Positions 25,532-36,096 of a DNA stretch of 64,000 nt are shown piece after piece (position 1 is the first letter of the stretch; every line of letters begins with the position of its first letter). The notes under the pieces are model-generated. The model ran no database searches. It saw only the letters and a list, made by a program, of their open reading frames with translations, and was not told where the DNA came from. Source of the stretch: an uncultured Chitinophagaceae bacterium (GTDB lineage: Bacteria; Bacteroidota; Bacteroidia; Chitinophagales; Chitinophagaceae); NCBI GenBank assembly GCA_937858715.1, contig CALLZY010000042.1, positions 55,271-119,270 of the forward strand, in the 5' to 3' direction. The position numbers and the translations under genes were made by a program.

Positions 25532-26596
25532 TCAGAAGTGAATTGCATTCAACCTGAATTTTCCGTTTGAGAATTCAAGCGACGGTGCCGGAAACTTAAA
25601 AGCGCTGAGCACTGTAAAAAGAAACCTGAGTCCTTTTTTGTTGGTTTTTATTTTTGTAAGATCAATATCAGGAGCAAGATACCATTGCCGGTAGCGCTTA
25701 ATATCTCTCCTGTCGAATATGATGTTACCGTTTTCATCTTTGGCAATATTTTCTTCACCGCCAAACATTCCTTCAGCGCCGTAGCCAATGGATATACAAA
25801 GCCAATCAGGTAAATTGCTCTTCGGAAGAAAAGATTTTATGCTGGCACTGGCCCAATACGTTTGACCATTATAGTCTTTGATGAAACGTTCAGGTGAACT
25901 CTTTCCAAATAATACATCGCTGCGCCGGTTAAGCGAGGCATCACTATATGATTTTCGGTGGAATGACCATTTTGGCCGGATGCGCTGCTCATTCCAGGCA
26001 AGCTCCTGTGCGATGTAAGTGCCACTTCCCAGAATGTTAGCCCCGAAGTCGGCCCAGCTCCAGCCCCAGTCGGCACTATGACCATCGAGAAACTCTATGA
26101 CAGTTTGATATACAGCACCACTTAAACCGCCTATCCAGATATATTTTTTTCTGTCTATTCCGGTCCATTTCCAAAGTTCCGTGCTTGCCCTGCTCTCTAT
26201 GTAGGCACCGTAAAAATGTCCAACCTTGTCAACCTGTAACCATTCTTTTGAATCGTTGAAGGAATGAAATTTTGACTTTGGAAAATCTTTGTACCATGCT
26301 TGTGACAGTCCGTAAAGAATACCGCTGTAACCAACCACATTGGCTCCGCCTACCAGCCAGGTACGTTTTTTAATTTGAAGCGGTGTAAGTGATTGTTTGA
26401 TAATAAAGGGAGAATCTATAGCAACTATGGGACTGCCGGTTATTGAAATTACGGTTGAATCGGAATGAGTACTGTCGCTTTGTGCTGAAGAAACTACAGA
26501 AGACGATAAGAAAACTATCAGTATGCCCAGCAGCGAACGGGACGATGAACGGAGCGACGCAAGGAACGATGATAGTAGCAATACAGTTGACCTCAT
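25532..26596 (-). CDS. DUF2279/YfiM-like protein
   Basis: DKVGHF, DFGANILG, KDYNGQTYW, SIGYGA. Confidence 0.8.
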   Translation of the reverse strand: MRSTVLLLSSFLASLRSSSRSLLGILIVFLSSSVVSSAQSDSTHSDSTVISITGSPIVAIDSPFIIKQSLTPLQIKKRTWLVGGANVVGYSGILYGLSQAWYKDFPKSKFHSFNDSKEWLQVDKVGHFYGAYIESRASTELWKWTGIDRKKYIWIGGLSGAVYQTVIEFLDGHSADWGWSWADFGANILGSGTYIAQELAWNEQRIRPKWSFHRKSYSDASLNRRSDVLFGKSSPERFIKDYNGQTYWASASIKSFLPKSNLPDWLCISIGYGAEGMFGGEENIAKDENGNIIFDRRDIKRYRQWYLAPDIDLTKIKTNKKGLRFLFTVLSAFKFPAPSLEFSNGKFRLNAIHF

Positions 26597-26677
26597 AAAG
26601 CAAAAATCTGTATTTCCTGACGATTATCAGTTGATAAAAACGAAAATTCGATAACTTTCCGCTCTAAAATTTACAAT

Positions 26678-28399
26678 ATGAACGAAGCGATTGTTGCAAA
26701 AGTAAATGCTTGGCTTGAAGGTAATTTTGACGCTGCTGTAAAGGAGGAAATAAAAAGGATGCAGGCTGAAAACCCTGCAGAACTGGCAGATGCTTTTTAT
26801 CAGAACCTGGAGTTTGGAACCGGCGGGCTCCGCGGATTGATGGGAGTGGGTACGAACCGCATGAATAAATATACGGTTGGAATGGCCACTCAGGGTTATG
26901 CTAATTATCTTAAACAGTGTTTTCCTGAAGGTGTAAGTGTTGCAATAGCACATGACAGCCGCAACAACAGCCACTTTTTTGCAGAAACAACTGCGAATGT
27001 ATTTGCTGCCAATGGTATAAAAGTGTATCTGTTTGAGGCCCTGCGTCCCACGCCTGAATTATCGTTTGCCATCCGGCAGTTAAAATGCCAGGGTGGCGTC
27101 GTTTGTACTGCTTCTCACAACCCGAAGGAGTACAATGGTTACAAGGCTTACTGGGATGATGGCTCGCAATTAGTGCCTCCGCATGATAAGAATGTAATTA
27201 AAGAGGTGGATAAAATTGCATCAGTGGATGATGTAAAATGGAGTGGTGGTGAAGCGAACATTGTGCTCATTGGAAAGGAAATGGATGAGTTATATATGAG
27301 CATGGTGAAGGGACTGAGCGTATATCCTGAAGTGATTGAAAAGCACAAAGACCTGAAGATTGTTTATACACCAATACATGGAACAGGAATTGTTTTGGTG
27401 CCAGAGGTGCTGGAAAGATTCGGTTTCAAAAATGTTCACATTGTGAAGGAACAAAGTTTACCAGATGGAAATTTTCCAACAGTTGTATATCCCAACCCGG
27501 AGGAAAGTGAAGCGATGAGCCTTGGTTTAAAACTGGCTGAGGAACTGGATGCAGATATTCTTTGCGGTACAGACCCCGATGCAGACCGCATCGCCATTGG
27601 AGTAAAGGACAGCCACGGAAAATGGGTGCTGATGAACGGTAACCAAACTGCTGTACTGGCTTTTAATTATATAACTGAAGCGAGAAAGGCAAAAGGGATT
27701 AATAAGCCAAACGATATGGTGGTGACCACGATTGTAACCACACCTATGATTGATAATATGGCCAAGGGAAATGATGTTGCCTGCTATAGGGTGCTTACCG
27801 GTTTTAAATGGATATCTGAACAAATAAGAGAGAAGGAAGGAGCAGAAAACTATATCGTTGGAGGTGAAGAAAGTTTTGGCCTGATGATTGGCGACCAGAT
27901 AAGGGATAAAGACGGCATCAGTGCGGTCGCACTGCTTTGCGAGATGGCTGCCTATGAGAAGGAGAAAGGCCGCAGCCTGTACGAAAAAATGATTGACCTG
28001 TATGTGCAATATGGATTTTATAAAGAGAAACTGATTTCTATTACCAAAAAAGGCATGGATGGCCAGCAGCAGATAGCTGCCATGATGGAAGGCTACCGCA
28101 ACAATCCGCCAAAAACAATCAATGGTTCGCCGGTAGTGAAACTGCTGGATTATGAATTGAGAAAAGGAACAAATCCGCAAACAGGTGAGGAGTGGGCCAT
28201 TGACCTGCCCAAATCGAATGTGCTGCAGTTTATTCTTGAAGATGGCACCAGCATTTCGGCCAGGCCAAGTGGTACCGAGCCTAAGATTAAGTTCTATTTC
28301 AGCGTAAATGACAAACTGAACAGTGCTGCTGAATATGATAAGGTTGGTGCACAGTTAGAAGAGAAGGTGAAGGCGGTGATTGCGGATATGAAGTTGTGA
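26678..28399 (+). CDS. pgm: Phosphoglucomutase/phosphomannomutase
   Basis: FGTGGLRG, TASHNP, DPDADR, GEES, RPSGTEPKIKFY. Confidence 0.93.
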   Translation: MNEAIVAKVNAWLEGNFDAAVKEEIKRMQAENPAELADAFYQNLEFGTGGLRGLMGVGTNRMNKYTVGMATQGYANYLKQCFPEGVSVAIAHDSRNNSHFFAETTANVFAANGIKVYLFEALRPTPELSFAIRQLKCQGGVVCTASHNPKEYNGYKAYWDDGSQLVPPHDKNVIKEVDKIASVDDVKWSGGEANIVLIGKEMDELYMSMVKGLSVYPEVIEKHKDLKIVYTPIHGTGIVLVPEVLERFGFKNVHIVKEQSLPDGNFPTVVYPNPEESEAMSLGLKLAEELDADILCGTDPDADRIAIGVKDSHGKWVLMNGNQTAVLAFNYITEARKAKGINKPNDMVVTTIVTTPMIDNMAKGNDVACYRVLTGFKWISEQIREKEGAENYIVGGEESFGLMIGDQIRDKDGISAVALLCEMAAYEKEKGRSLYEKMIDLYVQYGFYKEKLISITKKGMDGQQQIAAMMEGYRNNPPKTINGSPVVKLLDYELRKGTNPQTGEEWAIDLPKSNVLQFILEDGTSISARPSGTEPKIKFYFSVNDKLNSAAEYDKVGAQLEEKVKAVIADMKL

Positions 28400-28422
28400 T
28401 CATTCAATTAAATTGTTTTAAG

Positions 28423-28453
28423 AAAAGCAGTATAATCCTATGCTGCTTTTTTA
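28423..28453 (+). terminator. Terminator after pgm
   Basis: AAAAGCAG..CTGCTTTTTT. Confidence 0.6.
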
Positions 28454-28465
28454 TTTTTGCAGCGA

Positions 28466-29119
28466 ATGAGACCCACCGACGATTCATACCGCCACAAAGG
28501 ACTTAGAAAGAAGTTAGTTGATACTGTTCGCAGTAAAGGGATTACCGATGAAGCAGTTTTGGCTGCAATAGATAAGATTCCCCGTCACTTTTTTCTGGAT
28601 TCTGCATTTGATGAAGTGGCATATGAGGACAGGGCTTTCCCAATTGGCGAAGGACAAACTATTTCCCAGCCTTATACAGTAGCTTATCAAACACAATTGC
28701 TGGAAATTAAAAAGTTTGACAAAGTGCTGGAGATCGGCACGGGCAGTGCTTACCAGGCCGTGGTGCTTGCCGAACTGGGCGCACAGGTTTATACAATCGA
28801 ACGGCAGAAAAAACTTTTTGAAGCCAACAAGCAGTTTATGCTGCTAAAAAAATATCCTTCTGTGAAATTCTTTTACGGTGATGGCTTTGAAGGACTTCCT
28901 ACTTATGGTCCTTTTAATAAAGTGATCATTACTGCAGCAGCACCTGAAATTCCGGCCAAACTGATTGAGCAGCTAAAACCCGGAGGAATGATGGTTATAC
29001 CATTAGGCGCAGGAGATGTTCAGCAAATGCTCAGGATTACCAAATTGGAAAACGGTGCTCTGAAAGAAGAAGTTTTTGACCGCTTTTCATTTGTACCTAT
29101 GCTGGAAGGGAAAAAATAA
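28466..29119 (+). CDS. pcm: Protein-L-isoaspartate O-methyltransferase
   Basis: GQTISQPY, VLEIGTGSAYQA, GPFNKVIITAAA. Confidence 0.95.
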   Translation: MRPTDDSYRHKGLRKKLVDTVRSKGITDEAVLAAIDKIPRHFFLDSAFDEVAYEDRAFPIGEGQTISQPYTVAYQTQLLEIKKFDKVLEIGTGSAYQAVVLAELGAQVYTIERQKKLFEANKQFMLLKKYPSVKFFYGDGFEGLPTYGPFNKVIITAAAPEIPAKLIEQLKPGGMMVIPLGAGDVQQMLRITKLENGALKEEVFDRFSFVPMLEGKK

Positions 29120-29158
29120 GAGTTCCCCATAAATACTATTAAGAGGAGTGTAACTCAC

Positions 29159-29833
29159 TCAGGGTTTGGCACCATTTAGCATTTCCCATAAATCATGAGG
29201 TTTGATTTGAAAAAAGCCATTAAAGAAAAATGCCAGACCAACTGTCAGTAAAATGAAACCTAAAACCATCAGCAACTGTATGCCGGATGTTTTCTGAATG
29301 GGTTGCTTCGCTTTAATATCACAAACTTCACCGGGACAATACTGGGCTTTGTCTTTATAAATCCATTTATACATAATGCAACCCAGACAAATGCCAAAAA
29401 CAGATTCAAAAAAAAGAAAGAGTAAGCATATCAGGCAAATGATTCCTGTAATGATGCTGTAGGTATTCATTATTACCATTAAAAGAAACATAATGGCTGA
29501 TAAAATGACTCCGATTATCCAGGCTACTTTTTTTTGCGCAGCTCCAACATATTCCGGGTTTTGCCTGCTTACGATAAGCCTGCCAATAACCAGGGTAGGG
29601 GAATACCTGGGACTGACAAAGACCCTTATCACAAAATCTGTGAAAAATAATGTTATTACATATTTGATCGGCACAAAATTTTCTCTGAACACAATGAACA
29701 TTAATGATAAGAAAGTGGCGAAGAACAGGATACCTGCTGCCGCCCTGATTTCCCTCTCATTTAATACTGGTATGAAATAGCCGGGTACAGTTTCTCCAAA
29801 CCGGGTTGATTGGTTTCCTTTAGCTGTGGACAT
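29159..29833 (-). CDS. DUF4395 membrane protein
   Basis: NEREIRAAAG, FESVFGICLGC. Confidence 0.85.
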   Translation of the reverse strand: MSTAKGNQSTRFGETVPGYFIPVLNEREIRAAAGILFFATFLSLMFIVFRENFVPIKYVITLFFTDFVIRVFVSPRYSPTLVIGRLIVSRQNPEYVGAAQKKVAWIIGVILSAIMFLLMVIMNTYSIITGIICLICLLFLFFESVFGICLGCIMYKWIYKDKAQYCPGEVCDIKAKQPIQKTSGIQLLMVLGFILLTVGLAFFFNGFFQIKPHDLWEMLNGAKP

Positions 29834-29918
29834 AAAAAGAAATTCAGTGTATTTGAATACTTATTTACGGCTTCAAATTAAGACTAATTTGACCGAAGAA
29901 AGTTATTTGCAGAGGTTT

Positions 29919-30869
29919 CTACACGAACTGTTCTAATAGCTCAATTCTCTTTTCAATTGGCGGATGAGTGGCAAACAGGTTATCCCAGGAACCGGATTTT
30001 CTTGCCGAAACCTGCGGGTTATCAATGAACAATTGCGCCACATCACGGCTTTCCACTGCTTCAATGTATGGGTCGTCTTTTATTTTGCGTAAGGCATTTG
30101 CCAGTGCGTATGGCTTTTTGGTCATATCCGCACCGCCTGCATCTGCCAGGTATTCTCTCTTTCTGCTGATACCAAACCGAAGGAGAATGGAAATAAAATA
30201 AGCAATAGCTGTTACAACAATTGCAACAAGAATAATAGCACCTGAACCTTTTGAATCTTTGCTTCTTTTACCTGAACCAACAAACCGAAGGCTGCGAAAG
30301 GCCATCTCGGCAAGAAAAGCGAATATGCCTACAAATATGATGGATACAATCAGCAACCTGACATCCCTGTTCTTAATGTGGGTGAGTTCATGGGCTATTA
30401 CACCTTCCAGTTCATCATCATCTAAGCGTTCAATTATTCCTTTTGAAAGCGAAATGGAATAACTTCTCTCTCCAATACCGCTGGCAAATGCGTTCAGCGA
30501 ATCATCTTCAATGATGTATAGCCTGGGCATCTTCATACCCTGCGATATGCAGAGGTTTTCTAACAGGTTATACACCCTTTTGTTTTCTTTTCTGTCCAAC
30601 GACTTACTGTTGGTGGCCATTCGGATAAATGCAGCATGGCCGCCCCAGGCAATCAGAAACCATCCGCCGGTTACAAGAAGTACGAACGGAAGGGCCTGTA
30701 GAAAAAGTTCATTTGGATCCTGACCCTGTTCCGTTACAAAAAAAAGAAAAGCATAAACCATCCCAAGTAATACAGCAGGAAATAATACCAGCAGTATTAC
30801 TGAATTAAGGTTATTCTTCCGGATTTGCCGGTCTATGCCTGTGTATTGCATAATGTAGGTGGTGGGCAA
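29919..30869 (-). CDS. htpX: M48 metalloprotease HtpX
   Basis: NAFASG, AHELTH, REYLADA, FATHPP. Confidence 0.9.
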   Translation of the reverse strand: MPTTYIMQYTGIDRQIRKNNLNSVILLVLFPAVLLGMVYAFLFFVTEQGQDPNELFLQALPFVLLVTGGWFLIAWGGHAAFIRMATNSKSLDRKENKRVYNLLENLCISQGMKMPRLYIIEDDSLNAFASGIGERSYSISLSKGIIERLDDDELEGVIAHELTHIKNRDVRLLIVSIIFVGIFAFLAEMAFRSLRFVGSGKRSKDSKGSGAIILVAIVVTAIAYFISILLRFGISRKREYLADAGGADMTKKPYALANALRKIKDDPYIEAVESRDVAQLFIDNPQVSARKSGSWDNLFATHPPIEKRIELLEQFV

Positions 30870-30886
30870 ATTTCAGACTCAACAAT

Positions 30887-30921
30887 AATCTGCAATCTGC
30901 AACCCAAAATCTAAAATTGGA
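30887..30921. repeat. Solo heptamer tract overlapping the lemA stop
   Basis: aatctgc aatctgc aacccaa aatctaa aattgga. Confidence 0.6.
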
Positions 30922-31471
30922 TTTTCGGAGGTTCTTCCATTTGTTTCCTTGTGTCAGTACCAAGGTCAAACATGATTTCTCTGTTAAATCCAAAATTCTT
31001 TGCAATCAGGTTACCAGGGAACGATTCCACTGCATTATTGTATTCAGTGGTGGCACCGTTAAAGAACCTTCTGGCAGCAGCCAGTTTGTTTTCTATATCA
31101 CTGAGTTCTTCCTGTAGCTGAAGGAAGTTTTGATTGGCCTTTAAATCTGGGTATGCTTCCACCTGCACTTTCAGTCCTGCAAGGGCACTGCTAAGTTGCT
31201 GTTCGGCAGCTATTTTACCATCAATAGTGGTGGCACTCATTGCGGCCGACCGTGCCTCTGTAATTTTTGTCAGCAATTCTTTTTCATGCGAAGCATAACC
31301 TTTTACTGTTTCCACTAATTGTGGCACAAGGTCATGCCGCTGGCGAAGCTGAACATCAATATCGGCAAAAGCATTTTGCCTTCTGTTGCGCAGGCGTACA
31401 AGGCCGTTGTAAAGACTGATTACCCAAATTACAAGCAGTACGATAACCCCAATAATTATTACTACAGGCAT
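30911..31471 (-). CDS. lemA: LemA family protein
   Basis: YNGLV, QRHDLVPQLV, YPDLKANQNF, RRFFN. Confidence 0.95.
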   Translation of the reverse strand: MPVVIIIGVIVLLVIWVISLYNGLVRLRNRRQNAFADIDVQLRQRHDLVPQLVETVKGYASHEKELLTKITEARSAAMSATTIDGKIAAEQQLSSALAGLKVQVEAYPDLKANQNFLQLQEELSDIENKLAAARRFFNGATTEYNNAVESFPGNLIAKNFGFNREIMFDLGTDTRKQMEEPPKIQF

Positions 31472-31499
31472 ATTTTAAAATTTAGATATTGAAGTTATA

Positions 31500-31523
31500 A
31501 AAAAACCGGCATTGTGCCGGTTG
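31500..31523 (-). terminator. Terminator between the lipoprotein gene and lemA
   Basis: Minus strand ACCGGCA-caa-TGCCGGT-TTTTT. Confidence 0.7.
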
Positions 31524-31545
31524 TAAAATTGCTTTTGTCAGGAAA

Positions 31546-31953
31546 TCAGTTTTTTCTGTCCATATACCATGTTCCGCTTCCGGTAGGTGTGGCATTCGGT
31601 CCCCAGGTGCCGTTAGTCATTTTGCCATTGTTGCTCCAGTCTGCTTTAATTGAAAAAGTACTTCCGCCCGGAGTTGAATATGTATAAGTAGCAGAAAATA
31701 CATTACCGGTTAAGGTCCAAGTACCTGTTGCTTTGGATGAAGAGGTAATGTTGTCGCCATCGGCAATTGTGAGTTTTCCTCCCGATTCAATTACCATCGA
31801 GTAACCGGAATTGGGTGTGGCACTGGCGGTTCCGTATTTCCCAACCCAGAGGCCTTCGATCGGGTAAACAGGAACAGGACATTCATCTTTCTTGCAGGAA
31901 ATAAACGGCAATAATGCGAACAGCGCTACAAACGCTAAAGTTAACTTTTTCAT
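31546..31953 (-). CDS. Small hypothetical lipoprotein, beta-rich
   Basis: MKKLTLAF..FISC-KKDE lipobox. Confidence 0.8.
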   Translation of the reverse strand: MKKLTLAFVALFALLPFISCKKDECPVPVYPIEGLWVGKYGTASATPNSGYSMVIESGGKLTIADGDNITSSSKATGTWTLTGNVFSATYTYSTPGGSTFSIKADWSNNGKMTNGTWGPNATPTGSGTWYMDRKN

Positions 31954-31982
31954 TGATTTTTGTTTATGGTTAAAATAAGTGC

Positions 31983-32031
31983 CAAAAGTAAAAGACTGAA
32001 TGATAGCAGGCAATACCACTTTTGTGGTATT
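31983..32031 (-). promoter_or_regulatory. Promoter (-7 TACTTTTG, -33 TTGC) with palindromic operator AATACCAC-TTTT-GTGGTATT
   Basis: Operator at 32012-32031; same arms and spacing as 4724-4772. Confidence 0.7.
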
Positions 32032-32086
32032 TTTTCATTTGTTATACAAATAAATGATTGTATTTTCCGCTTTTAATAAGATTGCT

Positions 32087-34552
32087 ATGCGAATAGTTCC
32101 TTTTTTAGTTTCTGCTGTTGCCACTGCCGGCCTTGTATATGCTTTAAACAGACCATTGGGGTCATTACCGATGGCCGCAGGAAAATTTCTAAGTCCGCAA
32201 TATGGCTTTTGGCAGAATGCCGAACCGGCTTCAAAAAGTTTTGATGAAGAACTCAGCTTCTCCGGATTGAAAGGTAAAGCTGAAGTATATTTTGATGACA
32301 GGCTGGTGCCTCATGTTTTTGCAGAAAATGATGAAGACCTTTATTTTATCCAGGGATACCTGCATGCAAAATTCAGGTTGTTCCAGATGGATTTACAAAC
32401 AAGGGCTGCTGCTGGCCGTGCCAGTGAATTTGCCGGAGCTAAGGCAATAAATTTTGATAAAGAACAGCGCAGGCTGGGAATGGTGTTTGCTGCAGAGAAT
32501 GCCTTGAAGGAAATCGAAAAAGACCCTGTCTCGAAAGCAGCATTTGATGCATATACAAGCGGCATAAATGCTTATATAGGTTCGTTAAGAGAAGCAGATA
32601 TACCCATTGAATACAAACTGATGAATGTGAAGCCGGAAAAATGGAGCAACCTGCGTTCTGCATTGCTTTTGAAAATGATGGCTAAAATGCTTTCGTCAGG
32701 CACAGAGCATGATTTGGCCTATACAAATGCAAAAGCAGTGTTTATGCCAGAAGAACTGAACAAACTCTATCCACAGGTACCTGATTCGTTATTACCAATT
32801 GTTCCCAAAGGAACTGTGTTTGAGAAACCAGCGATAATACCTGTTCAGCCGGCTTCTGCCGACTCTTTATACTTCGGAAAAAAAGATACTGTTTCAGTAA
32901 AAGAAATATCGAGGCCTAATGAAAATAATGGCAGCAATAACTGGGTGGTGTCCGGAAGTAAAACGCAAAGCGGAGCCCCAATTCTTTGTAATGATCCGCA
33001 TCTCGAAATGTCCTTGCCTTCGATTTGGTATGAGATACAACTGCAAACGCCGGTCAGCAATGCTTATGGTGTGTCAATACCGGGGGCACCTTTTATCATC
33101 ATTGGTTTTAACGACAGCATTGCCTGGGGTGTTACCAATTCGCAGCGGGATGTAAAGGATTATTATGAAATAAGATTTAAAGACAAGACCAGAAAAGAAT
33201 ACTGGTTTAACAATCAGTGGACAGCAGCAAGGTTGCAGGTGGAAGAGATAAAAGTTAAAGGAGGTGCCGTTGTTTTCGATACTGTGGCTTACACCGTTTA
33301 CGGACCGGTGATGTATGACGAAAGCTTCCAGGGAACGGACAGTTCGGGCAGGGGAAGAAATCTTGCACTCCGCTGGACAGCCCACGACCCGAGCAATGAA
33401 GGGTTTACATTTTACAAACTAAACAGGGCAAAGAACTATGATGATTATGTAAATGCAATCGCCACATTCCAATGCCCCGGGCAAAATTTTGTTTTTGCTT
33501 CTAAAAACGGAGATATTGCCCTGTGGCAGCAGGGAAAATTTCCGGCAAGATGGAAAGGGCAGGGGTTGTATGTAATGCCGGGTGAAGACAGCAGTTATAT
33601 GTGGCAGGGTTTTATTCCTCAACCTGAAAACCCACATGCCAAAAATCCGGAACGGGGTTATTTGCAAAGCGGAAACCAGCGGCCTGCAGATTCAGCCTAT
33701 CCGTACTTTATTCCGGGAACATACCTGACAGCAAGGGCTATTACTATTGATAACAAACTGGCTGCAATGACCAGCATCACACCGGCTGACATGATGAAAC
33801 TGCAAAACGATTACTTTAATACGACGGCGGAAGATGTAAGGCCTTTGTTGATGAGGTACGTTCAAATGGATGAACTCAATGCAACAGACAAGAAATATCT
33901 TGATCTTATTAAGAAATGGGATCTTAATGCTTCAGCAGATTCAAAAGAACAAACAATCTATAATCATTGGTGGGGAATGGTAACTTATGGTATCTGGTAT
34001 TATTATGCCAACGGGCTTGATTCGTTAACCAGGGCAAAAATGGTAAAACCAACTGATCAAACAATACTGGAGATGATTATTAAAGATTCCTCTTGTCTTA
34101 ATGTGAAACTAAAAGGCAAGACGGTTAAATGGAACATTGTTACTTCGAGCTTAAAAGTTACTTCTGGTTTTTTTGAATTGAGGTTAAAAAAGGGAAACGG
34201 ACTTGAATGGTATAAGACTAATCACCCTGCCATCTATCATATTGCAGACGCTTCGAGAAACAGCCTGCTGCCTTTTGCGAGAACCAAACTTCATATCGGC
34301 GGAAACAATGACATCATCAATGCTGTAAAGGGCAGCCATGGCCCAAGCTGGCGGATGATTGTGCACATGACAACACCGACCGAGGCTTATGCAGTTTATC
34401 CTGGTGGACAAAGCGGTAATCCAGGCAGTAAGTTCTACGACAGTTTTGTAGATAAATGGGTCGAAGGCCAATATAACAAGCTTTGGTTTATGCGTGAAGG
34501 AGACAAAACAGATAAGAATGTGAAATGGGTAATGAAATTTAAAAAGGGATAA
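32087..34552 (+). CDS. Penicillin acylase (Ntn hydrolase, S45) family protein
   Basis: GSNNWVVSG..NDPHL, GQSGNPGSKFYD. Confidence 0.93.
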   Translation: MRIVPFLVSAVATAGLVYALNRPLGSLPMAAGKFLSPQYGFWQNAEPASKSFDEELSFSGLKGKAEVYFDDRLVPHVFAENDEDLYFIQGYLHAKFRLFQMDLQTRAAAGRASEFAGAKAINFDKEQRRLGMVFAAENALKEIEKDPVSKAAFDAYTSGINAYIGSLREADIPIEYKLMNVKPEKWSNLRSALLLKMMAKMLSSGTEHDLAYTNAKAVFMPEELNKLYPQVPDSLLPIVPKGTVFEKPAIIPVQPASADSLYFGKKDTVSVKEISRPNENNGSNNWVVSGSKTQSGAPILCNDPHLEMSLPSIWYEIQLQTPVSNAYGVSIPGAPFIIIGFNDSIAWGVTNSQRDVKDYYEIRFKDKTRKEYWFNNQWTAARLQVEEIKVKGGAVVFDTVAYTVYGPVMYDESFQGTDSSGRGRNLALRWTAHDPSNEGFTFYKLNRAKNYDDYVNAIATFQCPGQNFVFASKNGDIALWQQGKFPARWKGQGLYVMPGEDSSYMWQGFIPQPENPHAKNPERGYLQSGNQRPADSAYPYFIPGTYLTARAITIDNKLAAMTSITPADMMKLQNDYFNTTAEDVRPLLMRYVQMDELNATDKKYLDLIKKWDLNASADSKEQTIYNHWWGMVTYGIWYYYANGLDSLTRAKMVKPTDQTILEMIIKDSSCLNVKLKGKTVKWNIVTSSLKVTSGFFELRLKKGNGLEWYKTNHPAIYHIADASRNSLLPFARTKLHIGGNNDIINAVKGSHGPSWRMIVHMTTPTEAYAVYPGGQSGNPGSKFYDSFVDKWVEGQYNKLWFMREGDKTDKNVKWVMKFKKG

Positions 34553-34583
34553 TGAATTGCAGTTAACCAAAAAATAATTTGAA

Positions 34584-34940
34584 ATGAAATTTATTACAGC
34601 AACTATATTAACAGTTTTATTAGCCTTTATTGCAGGGATTCTGTCTTTTTCTCCCTGGTGGGGTTTTGCTATCACATCTTTCCTTGTTGCTATTCTTGTT
34701 CATCAAAAAGGGTGGAAGGCATTTCTTTCCGGTTTCCTGGGACTGTTTCTGTTGTGGGCCGGACTTGCCTGGTGGATTGATATGCAGAATAACAGCCTCC
34801 TGTCTTCAAAAATAGCTGCCATACTTCCGCTGGGCGGAAATAGTGTGCTGCTCATATTGGTTACCGGGTTCGTTGGCGGTTTGGTTTCCGGGTTGGCGGC
34901 TATCACCGGCAGCTATTTACGGGTAAGTTCCCATAAATGA
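34584..34940 (+). CDS. Hypothetical membrane protein
   Basis: About four TM segments. Confidence 0.75.
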   Translation: MKFITATILTVLLAFIAGILSFSPWWGFAITSFLVAILVHQKGWKAFLSGFLGLFLLWAGLAWWIDMQNNSLLSSKIAAILPLGGNSVLLILVTGFVGGLVSGLAAITGSYLRVSSHK

Positions 34941-35053
34941 GTGATAAATGCCCAACATGTATCTTTGTGCCGCTTTAGAATTTTGCCTGACCTGCAATCA
35001 GGGTTCTTAGCAGTCCTTTGTGAAAAGGGACACAGAAACAAAAATTCAACAAC

Positions 35054-36094
35054 ATGGCACAACTGCACAACCGCATTTCCCGGAGGGAACTGAAAGAACG
35101 TATTCAAAACGACCCGACACCACGGACCACCATTTCTTTTTACTGTTATTTTAGAATTGCCGAACCTGTTTCTTTCAGGAATGAATTGTACAGGGATTTA
35201 AATGAACTTGGAGTTCTTGGGCGTATTTACCTGGCTACAGAAGGTATTAATGCTCAGATCAGCGTTCCTGCTGAAAATACTGAATCTCTTCGTTCGTATT
35301 TATATTCTTATCCCGAATTAAATAACCTCCGCCTGAACATTGCGGTGGAGGATGATGGAAAATCTTTTTATGTACTGGATGTGAAAGTACGGAACAAGAT
35401 TGTGGCAGATGGTATCAATGATTCATCATTTGATATGGCCAACAAGGGCAGGTATGTAAATGCCCGGCAGTTTAATGAGCTTACTTCTGACCCCGAAACA
35501 GTGATAATTGACATGAGGAATCACTACGAATTTGAAGTGGGACATTTTGAGAACGCCATTGAAATACCGAGTGATACTTTCAGGGAGCAATTACCGATGG
35601 CAGCAGAAATGATGGCTGCTGATAAAGAAAAGAACATAATAATGTATTGTACTGGCGGCATCCGTTGCGAAAAGGCATCTGCATACATGCTGCACAAAGG
35701 ATTCAAAAATGTCTTTCACCTGGAAGGCGGTATTATTAATTATGTAAACCATGTGAAGAAAGACAGGCTGGAGAATAAATTTCATGGTAAGAATTTTGTG
35801 TTTGATCAGCGTTTGGGAGAAAGGGTAACCGATGAAATTATTGCTCACTGCCACCAATGCGGCAAACCTGCAGATACCCATGTAAATTGTGTAAACGATG
35901 CCTGTCACCTGTTGTTTATCCAATGCGATGGTTGCCGGGAAAAGATGAAACAAACCTGTAGCCAGGAGTGTTATGACTTTATTCATCTGCCGGAAGAAGA
36001 TCAGAAGAAGTTGCGAAGCGGCGTTGACAAGGGCAGGAATATATTTAATAAGTCAAAACAAAAACTTCAGCAAAAAACAGGATGCGGCGGGTAA
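35054..36094 (+). CDS. trhO: Rhodanese-related tRNA U34 hydroxylase TrhO
   Basis: [42 protein letters not shown]. Confidence 0.92.
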   Translation: MAQLHNRISRRELKERIQNDPTPRTTISFYCYFRIAEPVSFRNELYRDLNELGVLGRIYLATEGINAQISVPAENTESLRSYLYSYPELNNLRLNIAVEDDGKSFYVLDVKVRNKIVADGINDSSFDMANKGRYVNARQFNELTSDPETVIIDMRNHYEFEVGHFENAIEIPSDTFREQLPMAAEMMAADKEKNIIMYCTGGIRCEKASAYMLHKGFKNVFHLEGGIINYVNHVKKDRLENKFHGKNFVFDQRLGERVTDEIIAHCHQCGKPADTHVNCVNDACHLLFIQCDGCREKMKQTCSQECYDFIHLPEEDQKKLRSGVDKGRNIFNKSKQKLQQKTGCGG

Positions 36095-36096
36095 CA

